A stretch of DNA of 29,586 bases from the NCBI GenBank assembly GCA_026413945.1, contig JAOAJX010000005.1, forward strand, positions 65,247 to 94,832. The letters are read 5' to 3'. A program made the translations under genes and the position numbers. Source of the stretch: Candidatus Iainarchaeum sp. (GTDB taxonomy: Archaea; Iainarchaeota; Iainarchaeia; Iainarchaeales; DTGL01). This document shows, one piece after another, positions 1 through 9,600 of this stretch (position 1 is its first letter; every line of letters starts with the position of its first letter). The notes under the pieces were generated by a model, which was not told the origin of the DNA, ran no database searches, and saw only the letters and a program-made list of their open reading frames with translations.

Positions 1-72
1 AACCAAATTGAAAATTATAAATAAAAATAAGATCAAAAATAATTGTCTTCGAGCCAAATTTGAAAAGAACAA
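1..72 (-). CDS. Possible 5' end of a secreted or membrane protein running off the left edge
   Basis: Own translation from TTG at 72: (M)FFSNLARRQLFLILFLFIIFNLV..., a basic-then-hydrophobic signal-peptide pattern. Purine-rich GTGAGGGA lies just upstream. Only 24 codons are visible. Confidence 0.35.
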   Translation of the reverse strand, partial: MFFSNLARRQLFLILFLFIIFNLV

Positions 73-159
73 CTTTATCCCTCACAAAGCTAATAGTAAC
101 TAATACTGAAAGGTTAAAAAACATTATGCTAATATTGGTTAGAATAGCAAGTGATCAGA

Positions 160-666
160 ATGAGAAAAAAATACAAACTTATTTTTTTAGGAATAACATC
201 CTTTTTACTATTTCTGGTTTTAATCCTTTTTTATTTTGGTGTTATAAAAATAGGTCAGCCAGCTAAATGTGAAGGTTTATGTAAATGGGCTTCAGAGGCA
301 AAAGTTTTAGAGGAAACAATTATTGTCGAAAACAACAAGTTATCTGTGAAAGAAATCGTCATAAAAAAAGAAACCGGATCGATAATTTTCATAGATAATA
401 GAGACTCTAAAACCCATTACATTACTCAACAATACTTAAAGGGTAAAGAATATACTACTGCTAGAGACTTTATTGTAAACCCACAAAAAAGAGTTTCCCT
501 AATTGGTCTTTTTAATCCACCTAAGGATCTAAATGCTGAACCAGGTTATATAAAAGTATTACCGGATAAAAATGCCATTATTTCTACTCCCGTTTCACAG
601 GAATATAGGATCATTTGCAATAGTTGTGAAATTGGCTTTAAGACTGTGAGATTAGTTTTAGAGTAG
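160..666 (+). CDS. Membrane-anchored protein with a degenerate cupredoxin-like domain
   Basis: MRKKYK followed by a long hydrophobic anchor. Then IIVENNKLSVKEIVIKK..IIFIDNRDSKTH and C-terminal YRIICNSC..VRLVLE, which resemble the cupredoxin pattern (N-x-D-x3-H ... Y-x3-C). The start could instead be GTG151. Confidence 0.5.
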   Translation: MRKKYKLIFLGITSFLLFLVLILFYFGVIKIGQPAKCEGLCKWASEAKVLEETIIVENNKLSVKEIVIKKETGSIIFIDNRDSKTHYITQQYLKGKEYTTARDFIVNPQKRVSLIGLFNPPKDLNAEPGYIKVLPDKNAIISTPVSQEYRIICNSCEIGFKTVRLVLE

Positions 667-674
667 TTTTAGAG
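653..674 (+). repeat. 11-bp tandem duplication TAGTTTTAGAG x2 spanning the stop codon of the 160..666 gene
   Basis: Read directly: tagttttagag (653-663) tagttttagag (664-674). Confidence 0.8.
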
Positions 675-679
675 TAATT

Positions 680-823
680 TTACACATCCAAAATACATTG
701 TGCCATGTAATTGCCTTTCTTTCCAATGATTCTAAGTCCAGAATAAGTAGCACCCTTTACTTCTGTCTTAAGGCGATGCTTTTTAACATCAATAGCTTCA
801 CCACGAGCAAAGAGGTGAATCAT
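680..823 (-). pseudogene. Archease C-terminal fragment (47 aa); truncated gene or mini-ORF
   Basis: Own translation: MIHLFARGEAIDVKKHRLKTEVKGATYSGLRIIGKKGNYMAQCILDV*. Matches the archease C-terminus (GE.D..KH...EVK[AG][VA]TY ... terminal D[VI]). There is an in-frame TAG 10 codons upstream and only 33 bp to the uS10 stop. Confidence 0.8.
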
Positions 824-856
824 AAAATTTAAGAAACAGAAAACTAACAACTAAAT

Positions 857-1165
857 TTATCCCATTAATTCTATTTCCATATGCACTTTATCAGGAATTT
901 CAATGTGCATAATCCTGCGCAATGTGCGCTCATCTGATTGAATATCAATAAGCCTTTTATGAATCCGCATCTGCCATCTTTCGTAAGTTTTTGATCCACC
1001 GGCTGACATTCCTCGGCGCGTGGCAATCTCAATCTGCTTGGTTGGCAATGGCACAGGTCCAGAGTATTTTGCCCCAGTGCGTTTAGCAATATCTACAATA
1101 TTGCTGCTCACTTCTTCCAAGACCTTGTAATCAGGGCTTGAAAGCCTTATGCGTGCTTTTTGCAT
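857..1165 (-). CDS. rps10: 30S ribosomal protein uS10
   Basis: MQKARIRLSS, SGPVPLPTK and WQMRIHKRLIDI motifs; position after EF-1alpha. ATG1165 preferred over GTG1174. Confidence 0.97.
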   Translation of the reverse strand: MQKARIRLSSPDYKVLEEVSSNIVDIAKRTGAKYSGPVPLPTKQIEIATRRGMSAGGSKTYERWQMRIHKRLIDIQSDERTLRRIMHIEIPDKVHMEIELMG

Positions 1166-1227
1166 CTTTATCACAGATATTTAACAAAAATAATAAAAAT
1201 AAAGGGGCAGTAAGCCTTCTTATTTTT

Positions 1228-2499
1228 TTAAGCCGCCTTTGGTGTTACTTTCATTATTATTCCTGCAGCAACAGTCTGGCCCATGTCCCTTATAGCAAAC
1301 CTGCCAAGCTGAGGGAACTTGCTATATTCCTCAACAACCACTGGCTTTAATGGCTTAACTTTTACTACTGCTGCATCACCTGTTTTTATGAACTTAGGGT
1401 TTTCCTCCAATACTTGCCCTGTTTTAGGATCAAGCTTCTTTTGTATTTCTGTTATTCTGCATGACAATTGAGCAGTGTGTATATGGAAGACAGGAGTGTA
1501 GTTTACTGGTATTGCTGTAGGGTGATTTAGAACTACAATTTGTGCTATAAATTCATCTGCAACTGTTGGTGGGTTTGTAGTGTGCCCAACAACGTCGCCT
1601 TTCTTAATGTCCTCTTTTCCTAGTCCCCTTATATTAAATCCAATATTATCACCAGGAACTGCTTGTGGAAGTGCTTGATGGTGCATTTCTATAGATTTAA
1701 CATCACCAACTTTGCCACCAGGCATAACTATTACTTTATCGTTCGGTTTAAGTATGCCTGTTTCAACCTTACCAACAGGGACTGTGCCTATTCCTTTTAT
1801 AGTATATACATCTTGCACCGGAATCCTAAGGGGTTTGTCAGTGGGTAATGGCGGGGCTTCCAGAGAGTCAAGTACATCCATTAGTTGTGGGCCGCTCCAC
1901 CAGTCAAGGGATCCCTTGCCTTTTACTATATTATCTCCTTTCCATGCAGATATTGGCACAAATTTTAGCTGTTCAGGTTTATAGCCAATTGTTGTTAGCA
2001 GCTTTTGCATCTCTTTCTGTAATTGTTCATATTTGCCCTTGTCATAATTGACTTCATCCATCTTGTTTATTGCAACAACCATTTGCTTTATGCCCATAAC
2101 TTGTGACAGAAAAGCATGTTCCTTTGTCTGCGGTTGTATTCCTTCTTTTGCGGATACAACAAGCACCGCAGCATCTGCCTGGCTTGTTCCAGTTATCATG
2201 TTTTTTATAAAGTCTTTGTGGCCAGGTGCATCAATTATTGTAAAAGAGTTCTTTTTACCATCAAACTTTTTATATGCAAGATCAATGGTTACGCCGCGCT
2301 TTCTTTCTTCTTTAAGGCGATCCATCACAAAGGCAAAAACAAATGATGCCTTTCCAAGCTCTTTTGCTTCTGCCTCAATTTTTCTCAGATCTTGTTCGCT
2401 AACTGCTCCGGAGTCATACAATAGACGACCAACTGTTGTAGATTTGCCGTGGTCTACATGCCCTATAAATATCAGGTTAATGTGCTTTTTCTCAGCCAT
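1228..2499 (-). CDS. tuf: Translation elongation factor aEF-1alpha
   Basis: [27 protein letters not shown] and [10 protein letters not shown] motifs. The GGAGGT RBS abuts ATG2505, so ATG2499 is the better-spaced start. Confidence 0.99.
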   Translation of the reverse strand: MAEKKHINLIFIGHVDHGKSTTVGRLLYDSGAVSEQDLRKIEAEAKELGKASFVFAFVMDRLKEERKRGVTIDLAYKKFDGKKNSFTIIDAPGHKDFIKNMITGTSQADAAVLVVSAKEGIQPQTKEHAFLSQVMGIKQMVVAINKMDEVNYDKGKYEQLQKEMQKLLTTIGYKPEQLKFVPISAWKGDNIVKGKGSLDWWSGPQLMDVLDSLEAPPLPTDKPLRIPVQDVYTIKGIGTVPVGKVETGILKPNDKVIVMPGGKVGDVKSIEMHHQALPQAVPGDNIGFNIRGLGKEDIKKGDVVGHTTNPPTVADEFIAQIVVLNHPTAIPVNYTPVFHIHTAQLSCRITEIQKKLDPKTGQVLEENPKFIKTGDAAVVKVKPLKPVVVEEYSKFPQLGRFAIRDMGQTVAAGIIMKVTPKAA

Positions 2500-2618
2500 A
2501 TTCATACCTCCAGAAGAACATAAAATTATTTAATTTTGCAATAAACTATATAGTTACACCATTAAATTTAAATATTATAACCTTAACTTTGCCAATTCTT
2601 TTTAGCTAAAATTCAATA

Positions 2619-4808
2619 TTAACTGAGGAAGTATTCTGCTGGCTTTGGCTCTGGCTCAAGACCTTTTCTAGTGCGTAGCTCTTTTATTATATCTTTCTGC
2701 ATGTTTTCAGGCAAGGCCTTATAATCATAAAACTCAGCAGTCCATATCGCTTTACCCTGTGTAACAGACCTTATTGCTGAACTGAATCCGATGAGCTCTT
2801 TTACGGGCGCTATTGCTATTATTATTGTTAGTTCGCCCTCTGTTCGCATTTCTTCAATGCTTGTTCTTCTCTGCTGTAGTTCCTTCAATACTGCGCCCAT
2901 ATACTCTTGAGGAATGTTTATGAAAAGCCTTTGCCTTGGCTCAAGAAGCAATGGTTTTGAACTTAACATGCAGGCATATATTGTTCTCGTTATTGCTGGC
3001 AACACTTGTGCTGGGCCTCTGTGTATTGCGTCTTCGTGAAGCCTGGCATCAATAAGCCTCACAATTATACCTAAGCATTTCTCTTTTGCCAATGGACCTT
3101 CCTTTATAGCATCTGAAAAACCTTGGCACACAAGTTCTTGTATTTCTTGTATTGCTTCTATTCCACGGGTATTATCTATTAAAAGGCAGTTGTTATGCAC
3201 CCACCAAACCTTTTTTGCATCATCTGAGCTTAATCCTATGCTTTCAAGTTTAGCAATTTTGTCTGCATCTTTTTTCCTTATTTTGCCTTCAAGCTTGGCT
3301 TCAATCAGCTTTTCGAGCATTTCTTCACTCATTGGTTCTACCATCATTGCAAAATCATTGTGCTTATTTGGGCTTCTTCCTGTGAGCTCGCGGCTTTTAG
3401 CCCTTATGGTTTCCCTATACACCACAATAGGGTTGCTCATCTCAACAGGTATACCATTATCAACTTCAATCCTATACTTTGTAACTTCCAAATGCAGCTC
3501 ACCCATGCCGCTTATAAGATGCTCCCCAGTTTCTTGGTTTATTTCAACTACAACGTTAGGATCTTCTTTGGTTATTTTTTTCAAGACTTCAATAAGTTTT
3601 GGCAAGTCTGTTGTTTTTTTGACCTCCACGCTTACAGTTATAACAGGCTCAAATGAACTTTTGAAAGATTCAAATGGCTGTATTTCAGCACTGCTTACAG
3701 TTTCTCCAACTCTAACATCTTTCATTCCGACTATAGCACCAATGTTGCCAGCCGGCACACAATCAATATTCACTCTTTCAGGTCCCATAAAAAGGCAAAC
3801 CTGCTGTACACTCGAATCCCTTTTTCCATCTATTTTTACCTTAAGGCCAGGTGTAAGCTTTCCTGAGAATATTCTTCCCGTGGCAATTTCACCAGCGTGT
3901 GGATCAATTGTCACATCAGTAATCATCATAGCCAAAGGCCCATTTTCGTCACAATTCAGCATTGCCTTTCCGCTTTCACTTTCAAGGTCGCCGCTCCATA
4001 TCGTTGGTATCCTATACTTCTGTGCATCTAATGGGCTTGGCAAATGCCTTATCACCATTTCCATGACTGTTCTGTAAAGAGGGCTCTTTTTTGAAAGAAC
4101 ATCTTGTGTACCTTCTTTGCAATGCATGAAAACATCCTTAAAACCAATGCCAGTCTTTCTCATGGTTGGTACTGAAACAGCCCACTTTTGCAGTGCAGAA
4201 CCAAAAGAAACACTGCCATCCTCAACTTTTACTTGCCATTTTTCCTTAAACTGCTCTGCAGCAAACTTTTTTATGAGGGTATTTACCTTAGCAATAACCT
4301 TAACAAGCCGCTCTTGCATCTCTTTTTCATCAACTTTCAGCTCGTTTATCAAGCGGTCAACCTTATTTATGAAAAGTACAGGCCTGCAGTTTTCACGTAA
4401 TGCTTGCCTAAGCACTGTTTCAGTCTGCGGCATTACACCTTCTACAGCATCTACTACTACAATAACACCGTCAACTGCGCGCATCGCCCTTATAACTTCT
4501 CCACCAAAATCAACATGGCCTGGCGTGTCTATTAGATTTACCAAATACCCCTCGTCTTCATATTTGTATACTAAAGAAATATTTGCAGCATTTATTGTTA
4601 TTCCACGTTGCTGCTCAAGCTCATAAAAGTCCATAACAAGCTGTTGTCCAGCAAGCTCTTCGCTCATAAGACCAACCGCGGCAATCAATGAATCACTCAT
4701 AGTTGTTTTTCCATGATCAATGTGTGCTATAATGCCCATATTCCTTATGTTTTTCTTGTTCAGCATCATCTGCTGTGCAAGTTTTACCATTTCTTCACGT
4801 CTTCCCAT
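2619..4808 (-). CDS. fusA: Translation elongation factor aEF-2
   Basis: AHIDHGKTT, RGITI, DTPGH, NKVD, GMGELHL and the diphthamide loop HEDAIHRG. Start MGRREEM at 4808 follows a GGTGG RBS. Confidence 0.99.
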   Translation of the reverse strand: MGRREEMVKLAQQMMLNKKNIRNMGIIAHIDHGKTTMSDSLIAAVGLMSEELAGQQLVMDFYELEQQRGITINAANISLVYKYEDEGYLVNLIDTPGHVDFGGEVIRAMRAVDGVIVVVDAVEGVMPQTETVLRQALRENCRPVLFINKVDRLINELKVDEKEMQERLVKVIAKVNTLIKKFAAEQFKEKWQVKVEDGSVSFGSALQKWAVSVPTMRKTGIGFKDVFMHCKEGTQDVLSKKSPLYRTVMEMVIRHLPSPLDAQKYRIPTIWSGDLESESGKAMLNCDENGPLAMMITDVTIDPHAGEIATGRIFSGKLTPGLKVKIDGKRDSSVQQVCLFMGPERVNIDCVPAGNIGAIVGMKDVRVGETVSSAEIQPFESFKSSFEPVITVSVEVKKTTDLPKLIEVLKKITKEDPNVVVEINQETGEHLISGMGELHLEVTKYRIEVDNGIPVEMSNPIVVYRETIRAKSRELTGRSPNKHNDFAMMVEPMSEEMLEKLIEAKLEGKIRKKDADKIAKLESIGLSSDDAKKVWWVHNNCLLIDNTRGIEAIQEIQELVCQGFSDAIKEGPLAKEKCLGIIVRLIDARLHEDAIHRGPAQVLPAITRTIYACMLSSKPLLLEPRQRLFINIPQEYMGAVLKELQQRRTSIEEMRTEGELTIIIAIAPVKELIGFSSAIRSVTQGKAIWTAEFYDYKALPENMQKDIIKELRTRKGLEPEPKPAEYFLS

Positions 4809-4830
4809 AAAAAGCCACCGCCAATTACCA

Positions 4831-5433
4831 CTATCTACTACTTGCAGCAATCCTTTCAATCTCGTTTCTGCGTTTTATTGCATAACTCTTAACATCCCCT
4901 TGTCCAGCAAGCACTATCTCCTCCGCAAGAGCTTCCGCAGCGCTTTTCTTTGATCTGTATGAGTTTGCAAAACCAGCTATTGCAATATTTTTTAAGGCCT
5001 CATCAAGGCGCCTCATTGGCGCGACATCAACGCTTTGCGAATATATTAAGCCACCTTTTCTAAACCTCGTGACATCTTCCCTGGGGGCCGCATTTTCCAC
5101 AGCTCTTATTAGCATTTCAACAGGATTGCTAGATGTTTTCTTTTCAACTATCTCCAATGCCTCTTCTACGATCTTCATTGCCTTAAGTTTTTTTCCTGTG
5201 GCGCCACGACCTCTTATGAATTTGCCACTTAATTTTCTCTTACCTTGACCACTTCTCATTATTTTATCAATAAGCCTTTCAACTATGAAAATCCTTGCTT
5301 TTCCAAATTTTTTTCTCGAGCCAAGACCAAACGAGTGTGGAATTATCTTAGCTTCTTTGGTTATATAATCAGCTAAGCCAATATCTTTGATAACTATATT
5401 GTCAGACTCCCATCGGTCAAAAACTTTTACCAT
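4831..5433 (-). CDS. rps7: 30S ribosomal protein uS7
   Basis: NPVEMLIRAVENAAPRED, SVDVAPMRRLD and ERIAASSR motifs; str-operon position. Confidence 0.97.
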   Translation of the reverse strand: MVKVFDRWESDNIVIKDIGLADYITKEAKIIPHSFGLGSRKKFGKARIFIVERLIDKIMRSGQGKRKLSGKFIRGRGATGKKLKAMKIVEEALEIVEKKTSSNPVEMLIRAVENAAPREDVTRFRKGGLIYSQSVDVAPMRRLDEALKNIAIAGFANSYRSKKSAAEALAEEIVLAGQGDVKSYAIKRRNEIERIAASSR

Positions 5434-5437
5434 GCAA

Positions 5438-5869
5438 TTACCTCTTTATTTTCTCCTTTCGACCTGTCCTTAGCATCTCAAGACTTTGGTTGTTTACTGC
5501 AATAACTTTGTATTTAACACCCCAAAGATCCCCTTTTGCGCCATGTTTTCTACCTCCGAGACCCTCAATCAAAACCTCATCGTGTTCATCAATATATTTT
5601 ATTGCACCGTCTCTAGGTGCAAAAGCAGTAACCTGTCTGCCATTTTTTATCAGCTGAACGCGTACGCACTTTCTTATTGCAGAATTTGGTTGTCTAGCTT
5701 CTACACCACGTTTCTCAAGCACTATTGCACGGCCTTGTGGTGCACCTTCCAGTGGATCGATTAACTTACCAAATTTCCTAAGCATCCTTTTCTTGTATTT
5801 CGCCTGCTTCCATCTCCAGCTTTTTCTACTCCTTTCAAGTTTTTTCGCCGCAAACTCGCCAGTAGCCAT
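5438..5869 (-). CDS. rps12: 30S ribosomal protein uS12
   Basis: [26 protein letters not shown] and IDEHDEV motifs. Confidence 0.98.
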   Translation of the reverse strand: MATGEFAAKKLERSRKSWRWKQAKYKKRMLRKFGKLIDPLEGAPQGRAIVLEKRGVEARQPNSAIRKCVRVQLIKNGRQVTAFAPRDGAIKYIDEHDEVLIEGLGGRKHGAKGDLWGVKYKVIAVNNQSLEMLRTGRKEKIKR

Positions 5870-5877
5870 AATTTCAC

Positions 5878-6276
5878 CTAAAACCTGATTTCTTCAATAT
5901 TATAATCTCTTTCTGCAAAGGCTTTTATTCTTTTAAATCTTGCCATCTTCTCCATAAATTTTCTTCTTTCATCACTTGAAAGTCTCGCAAATAGGCTTTT
6001 GCCATTCTTCTCTATTGAACTAAAATTTATCCCTGGAAAAGCATTTATTATGAAGTCCTCAACTCTTTCATACATCGCAAATACCTCAACTTTCTTTCCA
6101 AAATGCTTAGAAAGGATTTTCACCTTAGAACCGTTTGAACCAATTGCTTTACCCACATCTTCTGGCTTGACAAGAAATGCAACTGTTTTATCATCAACTA
6201 TGCAATCCTTAACTGCAACACCGGTAAATGAATCAAACTTATTTATGTAAAAAATTTCTTGCTGTGTTAACTTCAT
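5878..6276 (-). CDS. nusA: Archaeal NusA (KH-domain) transcription factor
   Basis: TGVAVKDCI and the KH motif VGKAIGSNG; conserved position between eL30 and uS12. Confidence 0.93.
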   Translation of the reverse strand: MKLTQQEIFYINKFDSFTGVAVKDCIVDDKTVAFLVKPEDVGKAIGSNGSKVKILSKHFGKKVEVFAMYERVEDFIINAFPGINFSSIEKNGKSLFARLSSDERRKFMEKMARFKRIKAFAERDYNIEEIRF

Positions 6277-6346
6277 TAATCAACACACACCCATGCAAAG
6301 TAGCAAATTGCAATCAGTAAATCAATGAAAAACTTATTTTTGTGAC

Positions 6347-6667
6347 CTATTTTTTCTTGCCCTTTTCACCTCTTTTGCCAATCTCTATAATTTTACTTTT
6401 ACCTTCATCTAGGATTAATATTGTTGACACAGTATGTGGTTTACCACATATTGCACCGAGCTCTGCAGGACTGCCTTCAAAATACATAAATGGAATTCCA
6501 GCAATATCAGCAATGTGCTTTAGCTTTTCAATTTTTTTCTTTTCAAATTGCTTACTTACTACTAATAATCTTCCAATACCTTTTAAAACATTTTTTTCAC
6601 ACTCACGATAGCCGATAAGTACTTTGCCAGAATCTACAGCTCGCCTTATTTCAACTCCAGTTTCCAT
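6347..6667 (-). CDS. rpl30e: 50S ribosomal protein eL30
   Basis: IRRAVDSGKVLIG, ELGAICGKP and DEGKS motifs; directly downstream of rpo1. Confidence 0.95.
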   Translation of the reverse strand: METGVEIRRAVDSGKVLIGYRECEKNVLKGIGRLLVVSKQFEKKKIEKLKHIADIAGIPFMYFEGSPAELGAICGKPHTVSTILILDEGKSKIIEIGKRGEKGKKK

Positions 6668-6677
6668 GCAAAATCAC

Positions 6678-9600
6678 CTATTCTTTCATTACCAGTTCTA
6701 CTTTTCCAGAGCCAACCTTTACAGGTAAGCCAACAATTATGTTTTCTACTATCCCTCTAAGTGGTTCATTTTCGCCATAGAGCGTTGCATCAAACAGGTG
6801 CTTGACAGTTTCTTCAAAAGCAGCTTTTGCAAATGGCGAGCTTTTGAAGCGCATTACTCCTGTACGAACCGTGCCTTTTATTTCACCAGTAAAAGTTAAT
6901 AGATCAGCTAAAAGCAATAGGTGCCTAATGTCCACCTTTATATTGTTTTCTTTTAATACTCTGTGCAACTCATTTGCAATTGCGGTTCTGCTTGCTTCAA
7001 TTCCTAAAACTTTTGCTATTTCTACAATGTCGTTAGTAATTGTTCTGTATGGATCAACCTCAGGCCTTTTCATTACTGCTTTGAGGTTGGTTCCAAGTGT
7101 TTTAACGATGAATTCACCTTTTTCTTCAATGACTATTGTCTTTTCAATACCCGGTACGCCTTGAAGGCGTTTTCTCATGATTTTAAGTACTTCGCCCCTT
7201 ATTTTCAAATATGACAATCGCAAACCTTCAAACGATATAATAAGCTTGTCACCACGTTTTGAAACTTTCCCTTTTTTTATGTTCCCTTTTATTTTTTCAA
7301 TTAGGGCTTCTTTGTCAAGGTTCCTTTCCTTAACCCATTCGTCAACAATCTCTATTTCGGCAGTTTCTTTTTCAAGATCCTCTTTAACCTTTGCTATGTC
7401 TTGTACTTTGACTTCAATTATATCTCTTGCAAACTCCTCAACCTTCTTTCTATTTTCCCTTATTGATTCGTTAAGGTGTATTGTCATGCTCGAGTATTTC
7501 GTCTTGCTGCGACCATCGACAATTTCTTCAATTCTTTGTATTCCTGAGCCTACACTAACTTCAGCGGCACCAGCATAGTGTTTAGTTCTAAGCGTTAGCT
7601 GAGTGCCAGGCTCCCCCATTGATTGCGCTGCAATAATACCGACTGCCTCACAAGGCTCTACCAAGGCTTTTTCATAAATAACCTTTGCCTTTTCAATGAG
7701 TTCTTTTGAAGCTTCCTCGTTGAGTTTATTTTCAACTATGGCTTCTAATATCTCATTCCATGCTTTTTCAGGCAAATTGCCCATAAGTTGGGAAAACTTT
7801 TCATTAAGCTCCCCTAACGAAAGCTCAGCTCTTGTAGTTTTCTCTGCCTTGTTTTCTTTGAGAATTTCATTCACAATCTCTTTTATGTCAATAACTTTGC
7901 CAAGGCGGGTATTTTTTGGGAAAACGCCATCATCACCATATAAAAACTGAATTATTTGGCTTGAGCTTGTTCTTACTGTATTGTCATACTCAACAATTAG
8001 GTCTTTTAATGAATTTGCGAGGCGCCTATAAAGATAACCCGAAACCTTCGTGCTCACACCAGTATCAACTTCACCCTGCCTTCCACCTATTGAGTGGAAA
8101 AAGTATTCTTCAGCATCCATTCCTTTAAGGAAATTTTGTGTTATAAAGCCCCTCGCTTTTATTCCTTGATCACCTTCATTCTCAAGAGATAACACCCTGC
8201 CGCGGTAACCTCGCTTAGGCCTTCCCTCCCTAACTGACGCCTGACCCCAAAAGCCACTCATATTCATAAGATTTATGCTACCGCCTCTAGAGCCAGATAT
8301 TATCATCACTATGGAGTTATATTTTGTTTTTTCAAGCATATCTTCTACTTTTTCTTTTAGTATCAGAGATTCTATTTTTTGTTTTGCCTCAGCAGTAGTT
8401 CTCATCATATAAAGCTCAAAGCTTTCCTCAAAGTTTCTACCTGGTATAAGCTGCAAAGTCTTGTCTTTATACTTCTTGACAATCTGCTCTCCCTTATGCA
8501 TACATTCTTTTATTGCAGCATCCATGGTAGATTTTATATTGTTACTTACTTCATACTCTTCGAGCCCAACGCTCATACCCTTAACGGTTATAATATCAGC
8601 ATATATTCTGCTAAACCTGTCGTAGAATGAGCGCAATACTTCTGGTGGGTATCTTCTAGCTAGTGCATCAGCAAGAACACCCCTAACTTCACCCAAAGAG
8701 TTTTGGTCAATAACTCCTTTCTCTAGAATACCATTTCTTATTGTAACACAAAAAGGGCAATCTAAGCCCTTACATTTGTAGTTAGGTGATGTTTTGCTAA
8801 GGATCTCACACATCCTTGACTTATAGTGCAGATTTAGATCTTTTGGCAAAAGCTGGCTAAATATTAATTTCCCAGAATATTTGTCACCACGATCAGGCTT
8901 AGGTATTTCACTAACACCAATCTCATAAAAGTATTGGTAAGCTTTCTCTATATCAAATTCCGTTTTATCGAGAGTAAGTATAAACGCGCCGCTTATTCCA
9001 TCTTCTTCGAGTACTATTATAGGACCACCATGCCTAGGGCTTATTACATGCTTCTCAGCCAGCATTAATTCCCTAGCCTCTGCTTGCCCTTCAGGTGTTT
9101 GTGGCACATGTAAGTTCATTTCGTCTCCGTCAAAATCAGCATTATATGGTTTGCATATGATTGGGTTCATCCTAAGTGTCTTGCCAGGCATGATTTTTGC
9201 GAAATGCGCCATCATCGATATTCTGTGCAGTGATGGCTGTCTATTAAAAAGAACAATATCACCATTCTGTAGAACTCTTTCTACCATGTAACCTACATCA
9301 ATTTCTTTGCTTATCTCCTGTTTGTTCTCCTCTAGAACCCTTTTTCTGAGACCATCCGGTCTTATTACTGAAAAAACCAAACCTCCTTTTATCAGCTCCT
9401 TGATTGTTGATATGTTCCATGGAGTCACCCATTCTTGCACTGTTAATTCTTTTGCAATTTGCTCCGATACTCCAACTTCATTTACTGAAATATAAGGGTC
9501 TGGTGTTATCGTAGACCTTGCAGCGAAGTTTACTCTCTTCCCAGTTAGATTATACCTAAATCTTCCTTTTTTACCTTTTAGCCTATCACTTAGGGCTTGA

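Noticed and set aside
60-266. 68-aa ORF overlapping the 160..666 gene
   Set aside because: Out-of-frame overlap with a longer, more protein-like ORF.
653-674. GTTTTAGAG repeats resembling a type II CRISPR repeat start
   Set aside because: Two abutting 11-bp copies only; no spacers and no cas genes.
4809-4859. N-terminal extension of aEF-2 overlapping uS7
   Set aside because: ATG4808 has an RBS and gives the typical MGRR start.
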